From Candidatus Uhrbacteria bacterium (GTDB lineage: Bacteria > Patescibacteriota > Patescibacteriia > UBA9934 > GWF2-40-263), in assembly GCA_016205995.1 (NCBI GenBank), contig JACQSJ010000013.1:1-34333 (forward strand): a stretch of 34,333 nucleotides of DNA, read 5' to 3'. The number at the start of each line of letters is the position of its first letter. The stretch's first letter is position 1. This document shows positions 18,331-27,540 of this stretch, piece after piece. Below the pieces are notes generated by a model. It saw nothing but the letters and a program-made list of their open reading frames with translations, was not told the origin of the DNA and searched no databases. Both the position numbers and the translations under genes were made by a program.

Positions 18331-19599
18331 ATGTCTGCTCTTGAGATTCCTGCCGACGCCGTCCTGGACGTCCGCATCCGACTCGGACGAGATCGCCTGA
18401 CCGCTATTTCCCCCTCGCGGGTTCAGGTCCTCATCGACACGCGTCCCCAGGCGCTGACGCGGCGACAGACCGTCCCCGTGTCCATCCGGCTCGTCGTGGA
18501 CGTTTCCGGCTCCATGGGGGACCCCGTCGATCATGACCAGGAGAGCAAGCTCGAGGTCGTCAAGCAGGCGATCCTCAGACTACTCGACGAGCTGACCGAT
18601 CACGACTCCGTGCTCCTTTCGGTGTTCAGCACCGACGGCCGACTGGTGGTCCCGCAGATCCACGCACATCGCGACTCGCGACAGCGGATCCGAAATCTGC
18701 TGAAGAAGCTCAAGCCCGAGCAGTCCACCAACATCTCCGCTGGTCTCGAGCTCGCCCTGCATCCGGTCGTCGATGGTGCCCTGCCTCGTGTGATCCTGTT
18801 CACGGACGGCAACTCCTCGTTCCCGAACGAGGACCACCCGCGCCTTGTCAGGCTTGCGGACGAGGCGCGCGCGAGCCAGATCCCGCTCTCGATCTACGGC
18901 ACGGGCTCGAACTACAACTGGAGTCTGCTGCACCAGGTCGCCATCCAAGCCGGCGGAGGGAGCTTCCTCAAGCACGTCATGAACCCTTCGACCCTCGAGG
19001 GGCACATGCTCGCCGAGCTGGCGTTCCTGCGTGGCACGGCCATCAACGACTTCCGGATCAAGGGCTCTGTCCCCGACGGAGTCAAGATCATCTCGGTCAC
19101 GTCGATGATGCCCCTCATCCGCAAGCTCAAGCACGACGGTCACGTCTTCCGCGACTCGACGGGCGCGCTTGATCTCCACCGCGGAGCCCAGTACCTCGTG
19201 GAGCTGGAGGTCGCCAACCCGCAGGTCGGCCTCCTCGCCAGGGTGCTGACCATGCGCTTCCGCGGCCGGCTCTACGAAACGGGGCAGCGCTTCGACCACA
19301 CGCTGGACGCGCCCGTCACGTTCGTGGAGAACCCCTCCGAGGCCTCTGCGCCCGACCCCGAGGTCAAGAAGGTCCAACTGATGGTCATGGCCAACGACAA
19401 GGCGAAGGAGGGCAAGTTCCAAGAAGCCTCTACCCTCTACTCCCGCGCCGGTGACCGCGACACGTCCCAGGCCATGTCGGTTCTGCACACGGCCTCGCTG
19501 GGGGCCGACGCAGACCTCGAGGGGCTGACCCGCACGGGGTCGACCTTGGCCGGTGGGTCCGTGACCCAACTCTTCACGGCCAACCCCAACAAGAGCTAG
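18331..19599 (+). CDS. von Willebrand factor A (vWA) domain protein with complete MIDAS, plus an unassigned C-terminal region of about 195 aa
   Basis: AGGAGG RBS 5 nt upstream of the ATG. MIDAS elements DVSGSMG (D57), QSTNISAG and ILFTDGNS. G/C-ending codons predominate, with Lys always AAG and Phe always TTC. Confidence 0.9.
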   Translation: MSALEIPADAVLDVRIRLGRDRLTAISPSRVQVLIDTRPQALTRRQTVPVSIRLVVDVSGSMGDPVDHDQESKLEVVKQAILRLLDELTDHDSVLLSVFSTDGRLVVPQIHAHRDSRQRIRNLLKKLKPEQSTNISAGLELALHPVVDGALPRVILFTDGNSSFPNEDHPRLVRLADEARASQIPLSIYGTGSNYNWSLLHQVAIQAGGGSFLKHVMNPSTLEGHMLAELAFLRGTAINDFRIKGSVPDGVKIISVTSMMPLIRKLKHDGHVFRDSTGALDLHRGAQYLVELEVANPQVGLLARVLTMRFRGRLYETGQRFDHTLDAPVTFVENPSEASAPDPEVKKVQLMVMANDKAKEGKFQEASTLYSRAGDRDTSQAMSVLHTASLGADADLEGLTRTGSTLAGGSVTQLFTANPNKS

Positions 19600-19607
19600 G
19601 AGGTACC

Positions 19608-20183
19608 ATGCCCACCTGTCCCGCCTGTTCGGCTTCGTGCGTGCATGGGTCGCTCGTGTGCCCGCGTTGTGGTGAGGATTTGGACGCGGCCGCAGTGGCC
19701 GAGAACGTGCCCGTTACCCGAGCCCTGATGGTGGTGGGAGTAGGCCCAGAACGGGTCTACACCGTTCCCAAGATCGACCTCCATCTGATCATGGTGGAGG
19801 AACGGGTCTTCCCCGAGCACGCCATCGTGGCCACCATGCCGATCCGGCGCCTGGAAGTACCGGTCCGCATCGGTCGCAACGACCTGAGCAAGAGCCCGCC
19901 GATCCTTCCGGAGCTCGACCTGGGCCAGATCCTGGCGGAACTACTGCCAGGCAAGCGGCCGGTCGTGTCGCGGCTCCACGCCGCACTTCAGCTCAAGGAC
20001 GGCCGACCCGTCATCAAGCACCTGGTTGCCTCCCAGAATTCGACCTGGATCCAGCGCGGAAAGAGGCTCTCGGCTGTGCCGATCAACGCGCAGCGCGAGC
20101 TCGAGCACCGAGACACGCTCATCCTGGGAGACCCGCTGGGCCGCTACGTCGCTCTGCGCGTGATCCTGAGCGATCCGCGCTGA
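19608..20183 (+). CDS. zinc-ribbon + FHA domain protein
   Basis: The AGGAGG RBS overlaps the vWA stop. N-terminal CPAC-x10-CPRC. FHA core RIGRND...VSRLHAALQLKDG...SQNSTWI...LILGDPLG. Confidence 0.9.
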   Translation: MPTCPACSASCVHGSLVCPRCGEDLDAAAVAENVPVTRALMVVGVGPERVYTVPKIDLHLIMVEERVFPEHAIVATMPIRRLEVPVRIGRNDLSKSPPILPELDLGQILAELLPGKRPVVSRLHAALQLKDGRPVIKHLVASQNSTWIQRGKRLSAVPINAQRELEHRDTLILGDPLGRYVALRVILSDPR

Positions 20184-20196
20184 AGCAAGCGCTACG

Positions 20197-20228
20197 ATCC
20201 CGACCCTCGCGGCCGGGATTTTCATTTT
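20197..20228 (+). terminator. intrinsic terminator of the vWA-FHA operon
   Basis: ATCCCG...CGGGAT stem followed by TTTTCATTTT. Confidence 0.55.
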
Positions 20229-20263
20229 CCTCAACCAGGTCGGACATTAAATGTCCGACCTGC
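20215..20263 (+). repeat. palindrome-bearing repeat, copy 1 (perfect 27-nt palindrome 20236-20262)
   Basis: GGGATTTTCATTTTCCTCAACCAGGTCGGACATTAAATGTCCGACCTGC is nearly identical to 31543-31590 and shares its core with 29673-29715. Confidence 0.9.
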
Positions 20264-20265
20264 GA

Positions 20266-20302
20266 GCAAAAAGAATACCGCCCTGATCTGATCGTGGGCG
20301 GT
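20266..20302 (-). terminator. intrinsic terminator of the 202-aa gene
   Basis: Minus strand: ACCGCCC-12 nt-GGGCGGT followed by ATTCTTTTTGC. Confidence 0.55.
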
Positions 20303-20318
20303 CGTGATGGAGAGAACC

Positions 20319-20927
20319 TCAGTTGTCGAAGCGTGCCCCAGGGGCGTGTTCAGCGCCGAAGAGGTGTCCCCAGAGCTTGCGGCCTTGATTCTGCCAGAAT
20401 TCGATCCACTTCTGACGGCCGATGAAGTAGGTCCGCTTCCTGCCGTCGGGGTAGTCGACGTGGATGCGGCAGATCACCTTGTTGGTAGGGTCCACCGCCT
20501 TGATGCGCGGCTTGGCTGCCATCTGGAGCACGATCTGGTGCACCAGCGTGAGGCCGCAGCTCGCTGCCTTGCCGCACGGCACGTGGATCTCGGCGGAGAC
20601 GACGTGGATCTCCTTGAGCGCTTCCGCCTCGCGGATCTGTTGAAAGACGTACTCGTCGATCCCGCGACCCGGATAGAGCGGCGAGTCGGGTGCGACCACC
20701 ATGCACCCCCCGTGATGGGTGATGAGGTGGATGCGGGGCGTGACGCCAGCCTCGATCGCCACGCGGCGGTCGTGCTCGATGCGGTCGAGCATCTGGTCCC
20801 CGTCCGGGCATCGGATGACGATGACACCACGGGAGAGGTCGAGACCGTTCCCGTTCATGTCCTCGATGACACCGGCGCGACGAAGGGTTTCGATGACTTG
20901 GATGTCGAACGACGACAGCCGGCCCAT
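20319..20927 (-). CDS. hypothetical 202-aa protein with Cys/His motifs (IRCPDGD, THHGGC, HVPCGKAASCG)
   Basis: ATG 20927 is preceded by GGAGGATCC, with its own promoter and terminator. G/C-ending codons are strong in this frame. The ORF-track start at 20996 would run through the promoter. Confidence 0.75.
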   Translation of the reverse strand: MGRLSSFDIQVIETLRRAGVIEDMNGNGLDLSRGVIVIRCPDGDQMLDRIEHDRRVAIEAGVTPRIHLITHHGGCMVVAPDSPLYPGRGIDEYVFQQIREAEALKEIHVVSAEIHVPCGKAASCGLTLVHQIVLQMAAKPRIKAVDPTNKVICRIHVDYPDGRKRTYFIGRQKWIEFWQNQGRKLWGHLFGAEHAPGARFDN

Positions 20928-20967
20928 GGATCCTCCAGAGTTGTTCAGTTGAAACCAGAACGGCACT

Positions 20968-20996
20968 AAGATACTCCCCCTACCCCTTTTCGTCAA
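20968..20996 (-). promoter_or_regulatory. putative promoter of the 202-aa gene
   Basis: Minus-strand TTGACG (20996-20991), 17-nt spacer, TATCTT (20973-20968). Confidence 0.45.
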
Positions 20997-21024
20997 TTCA
21001 AAAACTGGGTTTCAGGCCCAGTTT
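20997..21024 (-). terminator. intrinsic terminator closing the atp operon
   Basis: Minus strand: AAACTGGG-CCTGAAA-CCCAGTTT followed by TTGAATT, 8 nt after the stop of the 261-aa gene. Confidence 0.55.
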
Positions 21025-21031
21025 CCAATGT

Positions 21032-21817
21032 TTACGCGGCTTCTGCCAGACGCTCCTGTCTGCTCCATTTTTGCATTCTCACAGGTCGATCACCAGCGAG
21101 GACCGCGATCTCTTGGGCCACCTGTTCCGACGTAACCTCCTCTCCCCCAATGGCGACGATGATGAGCGGCTCTTCGTGAGAAAACTTCTTTCCAAACCCA
21201 TGATCGCCAAACGCAATTGACATGGCGATGCTGGTTTCCGTCTTTGCCTGCTCAGGAGTCATGAACTTTCGGCTCACGACAAACCCGGCAGGTAATCCCT
21301 CTACCACCGAAGGATTAAACGATCCTGTGCCGTCGACATAGACAACTCGGGCATTGTGAAACTCTTTTGGTCGATCAAGTTCTGTGATGTGTCCCTTGTA
21401 GGGGATCCCTAGTTCCTCTGCGATCCGACGCGCGCCTTCTTGCGCAACCTCGTCGACCGACCTGTCAGTGATCCCCATCTTTTCTCGATACAGCGCGGCC
21501 GCACCGCACCCGGTATGACTGGTAACTTCTTTCACGCCCCCCGCCTTTAGGTTGGCGATGAATGTCGCCCGCTCCTCCCCTTGCGTCAAGATGCCAGATC
21601 CTGCACTGCGCATGTCCCCAAAAGGGGCGCCCTCATCTATGCAGCAAAGCGTATGGTCCTGGGTCTCAAACGCCAAATCGATTCCATCCAGAGAGTCGGC
21701 ATAGTTTTCCATGCCACGTGACAAAATCGACTCGATGACAGCAGACTGCTTTGTCCATTCATGTTCAAGCTGTGCCTCGTGTTCATGCTCTGGGTTCATA
21801 TGTTCTTGATGATGCAT
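21032..21817 (-). CDS. hypothetical 261-aa protein with a His/Glu-rich N-terminus and CxDxG ... HxxCG motifs; last gene of the atp operon
   Basis: Its ATG lies 3 nt after the atpC stop. Six His occur in the first 20 residues. Motifs are LCCIDEGAPFG, SAGSGIL, VTSHTGCGAAALY and ARVVYVDGTG. Codon usage is host-like. Confidence 0.8.
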   Translation of the reverse strand: MHHQEHMNPEHEHEAQLEHEWTKQSAVIESILSRGMENYADSLDGIDLAFETQDHTLCCIDEGAPFGDMRSAGSGILTQGEERATFIANLKAGGVKEVTSHTGCGAAALYREKMGITDRSVDEVAQEGARRIAEELGIPYKGHITELDRPKEFHNARVVYVDGTGSFNPSVVEGLPAGFVVSRKFMTPEQAKTETSIAMSIAFGDHGFGKKFSHEEPLIIVAIGGEEVTSEQVAQEIAVLAGDRPVRMQKWSRQERLAEAA

Positions 21818-21820
21818 ACT

Positions 21821-22264
21821 CTAGGAAGAAACCTTACCGACATCTCGATACTTCCTTCGTTTCATGGCCACACGATGCCGTGCAAGCTCTCGCTCAAGGA
21901 TCGCGGCCGCGTCGGCAAAGGCAACGTCGTCCACGTGCCGCTTTTCCAAAAGCAGTTGTCGTGCGCGTTCACGCGCCTCTTCAATTTTTTCAAGTTCGAG
22001 TTCCTCCGCGCGCTCAGCTGTATCAGCAAGCACAACCAATTTGTTTCCAGGACGCACCTCGAGGAATCCCGTGGACGCGACCAGGTACTGGACGGCTCCG
22101 TCTTTGCGCAGGGTCAATTCCCCAGCGCGTAGATTCGCAACAAGTGGAATGTGATCCGGGAGCACGGTCACTTCCCCCATATCGGTCATGACCGTAACCG
22201 AATCCACCTCGTCCTCATAGACGATCCGTTCTGGTGTGACGATGCTGAGATGGAGCTTTTTCAT
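21821..22264 (-). CDS. atpC: F1 ATP synthase epsilon subunit
   Basis: MKKLHLSIVTPE..., a beta-sandwich plus C-terminal helical hairpin pattern; position after atpD. Confidence 0.9.
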   Translation of the reverse strand: MKKLHLSIVTPERIVYEDEVDSVTVMTDMGEVTVLPDHIPLVANLRAGELTLRKDGAVQYLVASTGFLEVRPGNKLVVLADTAERAEELELEKIEEARERARQLLLEKRHVDDVAFADAAAILERELARHRVAMKRRKYRDVGKVSS

Positions 22265-22284
22265 AACGTGGACGTCAAATTCGT

Positions 22285-22325
22285 AACCACCCCTACCCCC
22301 TCCTTAAAAAGGAGGGGGACCGGAA

Positions 22326-22326
<1 letters not shown>
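22285..22326 (+). repeat. REP-like hairpin repeat, copy C (AACCACCCCTACCCCCTCCTTAAAAAGGAGGGGGACCGGAAT)
   Basis: Lies between atpD and atpC and touches the atpD stop codon; 8-bp stem 22296-22303/22311-22318. Confidence 0.8.
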
Positions 22327-24612
<2,286 letters not shown>

Positions 24613-24658
24613 ATTCCGGTCCTCACCCTTTCCAAGGGGGAGCTAGAGGGGGTTGCCG

Positions 24659-26164
24659 TTAAGCGTTAAATGTTTGGTTGAAGTCTTCGATGAGTTTCTT
24701 GAGACTCGCTTCGATCTCATCCGTGATGGCCTTCTCGTTCCGGAGCGACGTCATGACCTCAACGCCAGACGAGAGTATGTACTGCTGGAATGCTTCTTCC
24801 CAATCGACGATCTTCTCGACTGGCACCTGGTCAAGGTACCCGTTGATCGCCGCGAACAATACAGCGACCTGCGCTTCAAACGGGAGGGGGTGATACTGCG
24901 GTTGCTTCAACAACTCGGTAAGTCGGCGTCCGCGCTCGATCTGTTGGCGCGTACCGGCATCAAGGTCGGTGGCAAACTGGGCGAACGCTTCAAGCTCACG
25001 GAACTGCGCAAGCTCGAGGCGCAACTTCCCTGCTACCTTTTTCATGGCCTTGGTCTGCGCAGCTGATCCCACACGCGAGACGGAGAGTCCAACGTTAAGC
25101 GCTGGGCGAATACCGCGATAAAAGAGATCCGTTTCAAGATAGATCTGACCATCGGTGATGGAAATGACGTTGGTGGGAATGTACGCAGAGACGTCACCTG
25201 CCTGCGTCTCGATAATCGGAAGCGCGGTCAACGATCCACCGCCGTTCTCCTCATTGAGCCGAGCCGCACGCTCGAGCAAACGAGAGTGCAAGTAGAACAC
25301 ATCACCTGGATACGCCTCACGACCTGGAGGCCGGCGCAGCAACAGGGAAATTTCGCGGTACGCCCAAGCTTGCTTTGAAAGATCATCGTAAATGACAAGG
25401 GCGTCTTCCCCCTTAGCCATGAAGTACTCGCCGATCGTGCAGCCGGTAAACGGGGCGATGTAGGAGAGCGCCGCAGGATCAGACGCACCTGCCACGACCA
25501 CGGTCGTGTACTCCATGGCACCGGCTTCTTCCAGCTTGGCGACGATCTTTGCGATTTTGGATTCCTTCTGTCCGATCGCCACGTAGATGCATTTCACTCC
25601 CTGCCCTTTCTGGTTGATGATCGTATCCACGGCAATGGCCGTCTTCCCTGTTTGTCGGTCGCCAATAATAAGCTCGCGCTGGCCACGACCAATAGGGATC
25701 ATGGAGTCCACGGCCTTGATACCCGTCTGAAGCGGAACGCCTACAGACCTACGCGTCATCACGCCCGGCGCAATTTTCTCGATTGGGTAAAACTTCTTCG
25801 CTGTAAATTTGCCTTTGCCATCGACGGGACTCCCTAGCGGGTCAATGACACGCCCGAGCACCTCGTCGGAGATTGGTACGGACAAAATTCGCCCCGTGGT
25901 CTTCACGGTATCCCCCTCTTTGATCTTCGAGGCTTCCCCCAGCACAACCGCTCCCACACCGTCCTCCTCAAGATTGAGGGCTACTCCGTAGACACCGCCC
26001 GGAAACTCAATCATCTCAGAGGCTTTCACCCCAGAGAGTCCACTCATGCGAGCGGTTCCGTCTCCCACCGCCATGACCGTTCCCACCTCTTCCTGCTTGG
26101 TTTCAGCGTGAAAGTTTTCAAGCGCTCCTTTCAGTGCCTCGATGATATCCGTTTTTGTCGTCAT
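24659..26164 (-). CDS. atpA: F1 ATP synthase alpha subunit
   Basis: Walker A GDRQTGKT; 501 aa; the conserved [20 protein letters not shown] block. Confidence 0.97.
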   Translation of the reverse strand: MTTKTDIIEALKGALENFHAETKQEEVGTVMAVGDGTARMSGLSGVKASEMIEFPGGVYGVALNLEEDGVGAVVLGEASKIKEGDTVKTTGRILSVPISDEVLGRVIDPLGSPVDGKGKFTAKKFYPIEKIAPGVMTRRSVGVPLQTGIKAVDSMIPIGRGQRELIIGDRQTGKTAIAVDTIINQKGQGVKCIYVAIGQKESKIAKIVAKLEEAGAMEYTTVVVAGASDPAALSYIAPFTGCTIGEYFMAKGEDALVIYDDLSKQAWAYREISLLLRRPPGREAYPGDVFYLHSRLLERAARLNEENGGGSLTALPIIETQAGDVSAYIPTNVISITDGQIYLETDLFYRGIRPALNVGLSVSRVGSAAQTKAMKKVAGKLRLELAQFRELEAFAQFATDLDAGTRQQIERGRRLTELLKQPQYHPLPFEAQVAVLFAAINGYLDQVPVEKIVDWEEAFQQYILSSGVEVMTSLRNEKAITDEIEASLKKLIEDFNQTFNA

Positions 26165-26167
26165 ACG

Positions 26168-26554
26168 TTATGCGTTTCTAAGTGCCTGATTGAGCTGAGC
26201 AAGATGTCCTTCAATGGAGCCATCAATGATGGTCTCGTCGATGCGGAGCTTCGCTCCGCCGATGATTTCTGTTCGTATCTTTTCCCTGATCTCTGCACCC
26301 GATGCCAAGGCTTCAAGTTTCTTTCGCAGTGCGGCCGTAAGCGGATGGGCGGTCTCGATCTTCACCGTTGCCGCCCCATACGTTTCTCGCCAAACCGTCT
26401 CGACAACCTCGATCACCCCCTTCACTCGATGTACTTCGTTGCGCGAGGCAAGAAGGGCGACCAGTTCGACCGCCGCCGCCTCGACTTGGGGATGCGTCGC
26501 TCCCTCGAGTGCCGTGACAAACGTGCGAGCAAGTTGTTTCTCGTTACGTTTCAT
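26168..26554 (-). CDS. atpH: F1 ATP synthase delta (OSCP) subunit, short form
   Basis: C-terminal IIGG..L.I.....DGS....L..L pattern; position between atpF and atpA; only 128 aa. Confidence 0.8.
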   Translation of the reverse strand: MKRNEKQLARTFVTALEGATHPQVEAAAVELVALLASRNEVHRVKGVIEVVETVWRETYGAATVKIETAHPLTAALRKKLEALASGAEIREKIRTEIIGGAKLRIDETIIDGSIEGHLAQLNQALRNA

Positions 26555-26555
26555 A

Positions 26556-27116
26556 TTATGTGCTCATCTTGTCGACAACGGCCTCTGCGAGTTTGGTTGC
26601 CTTCTTTTCGTCCACACTGTCCTCAAGAATCTTGCGAGCCGCCTCAACCGCAATCGCCGCAATCTCTTCACGAGCGTCGCGGACCATCTGTTCCTTCTGT
26701 GCTTCAAGTTGAACTTTCCCTTGTGCGACAACTGCCTTCACTTCCTCTTTCGCCTTAGAAAGCAGCTCCTTCTTTCGATCCTCGGATGCGGTACGGGCTT
26801 CGTCGAGAATCTTTGCGGCTTCAGATTTCGCCGTGGCGATGACTTCTTTTTGTTCAGATTCAAGCTCAAGAACACGTTTCTCCACGTCATCCGCCTGCTT
26901 CACGCTGCGCTCGATTTTTTCCTGACGCTCTTCCAACAGCTTCACGATCGGCTTGTAGGCCCACTTCCAGAGCACAAACAGCACAACGGCAAAGTTGAGG
27001 AGCTGCGCGAGAAAAATCTTGAGGTTAATCCCAAGCGTTCCAAGGCCACCGGTGGCCTCTGTTGCTGATGCGACCTCTTGTGCCGCTTGCGCAGCTTGTT
27101 GAATTTCGACAGACAT
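26556..27116 (-). CDS. atpF: Fo ATP synthase b subunit
   Basis: Single TM (LLNFAVVLFVLWKWAYKPI) followed by a long charged helix. The ORF-track start at 27131 is TTG, so ATG 27116 is used. Confidence 0.85.
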   Translation of the reverse strand: MSVEIQQAAQAAQEVASATEATGGLGTLGINLKIFLAQLLNFAVVLFVLWKWAYKPIVKLLEERQEKIERSVKQADDVEKRVLELESEQKEVIATAKSEAAKILDEARTASEDRKKELLSKAKEEVKAVVAQGKVQLEAQKEQMVRDAREEIAAIAVEAARKILEDSVDEKKATKLAEAVVDKMST

Positions 27117-27161
27117 ATATTTTCTCAACAAATACCCACAAACACTTCTGGATATTAGTTG

Positions 27162-27285
27162 AGAAATCTATATGACAGATGAGATGCGCCGCTCTGGAGG
27201 TCGGAAAGCCGCCGAAACGTAGGTAACCCTACGATGAGGCGGTTTCCGACCGAAGAGCAAGCAGATCGCTGTCAGATAGATTTCT
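27162..27285 (+). repeat. long rod-like hairpin element X between atpE and atpF (core 27208-27242)
   Basis: Outer 17-bp stem 27162-27178/27269-27285 with 1 mismatch; inner stem GGTCGGAAAGCCGCC/GGCGGTTTCCGACC; apical CGTAGG-TAAC-CCTACG. It overlaps the atpE stop codon. Confidence 0.75.
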
Positions 27286-27502
27286 ACAACGTGAACGAAA
27301 CCACCAGCGAGTAGATGGCAATAGCCTCGGCAAATGCCATACCAAGAAGCATCGGAACAAAAATCTTCCCGGCTGCCTCTGGGTTGCGGCCGATGGCTTC
27401 CATCGCCTTCATCCCGACAAGACCGATACCAATGGCTGGTCCAAGACCGCCGATGGCGATCGTGATTCCCTTGGTAAAGGTTGCAATTGTTTCTGCATCC
27501 AT
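27284..27502 (-). CDS. atpE: Fo ATP synthase c subunit
   Basis: 72-aa two-helix proteolipid with GxGxGxG (GGLGPAIGIG) and the carboxylate in FAEAIAIY. Confidence 0.95.
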   Translation of the reverse strand: MDAETIATFTKGITIAIGGLGPAIGIGLVGMKAMEAIGRNPEAAGKIFVPMLLGMAFAEAIAIYSLVVSFTL

Positions 27503-27540
27503 AGTTGAATGATTAGGAGTTAATTGAGTTATGGATAAGG

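Noticed and set aside
18580-19569. 329-aa minus-strand ORF antisense to the vWA gene.
   Set aside because: It has the Arg/Gly/Val/Asp-rich shadow-ORF composition typical of the antisense strand of a GC3-rich gene. It has no RBS or promoter. The plus-strand frame carries clear MIDAS motifs and an AGGAGG RBS.
20236-20262. Reading the GTCGGACATTwAATGTCCGAC palindromes as ordinary rho-independent terminators.
   Set aside because: The T-run precedes the stem and the A-run follows it, so neither strand gets a trailing U-tract. Copies 1 and 3 already have a separate, proper terminator immediately upstream. Copy 2 lies between two divergent promoters where nothing needs terminating.
20215-20263. Reading the repeat as an integron attC site or cassette array.
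   Set aside because: No RYYYAAC/GTTRRRY core sites flank the palindrome, and no intI gene or attI is present in the window. The foreign genes also carry their own promoters, unlike typical cassettes.
20304-20969. 221-aa plus-strand ORF, and the 153-aa and 118-aa minus-strand alternative frames, over the 202-aa gene.
   Set aside because: Only the 20319-20927 minus-strand frame has a GGAGG RBS, a promoter, a terminator and G/C at most third positions. The others have shadow-type Arg/Asp/Val/His-rich composition.
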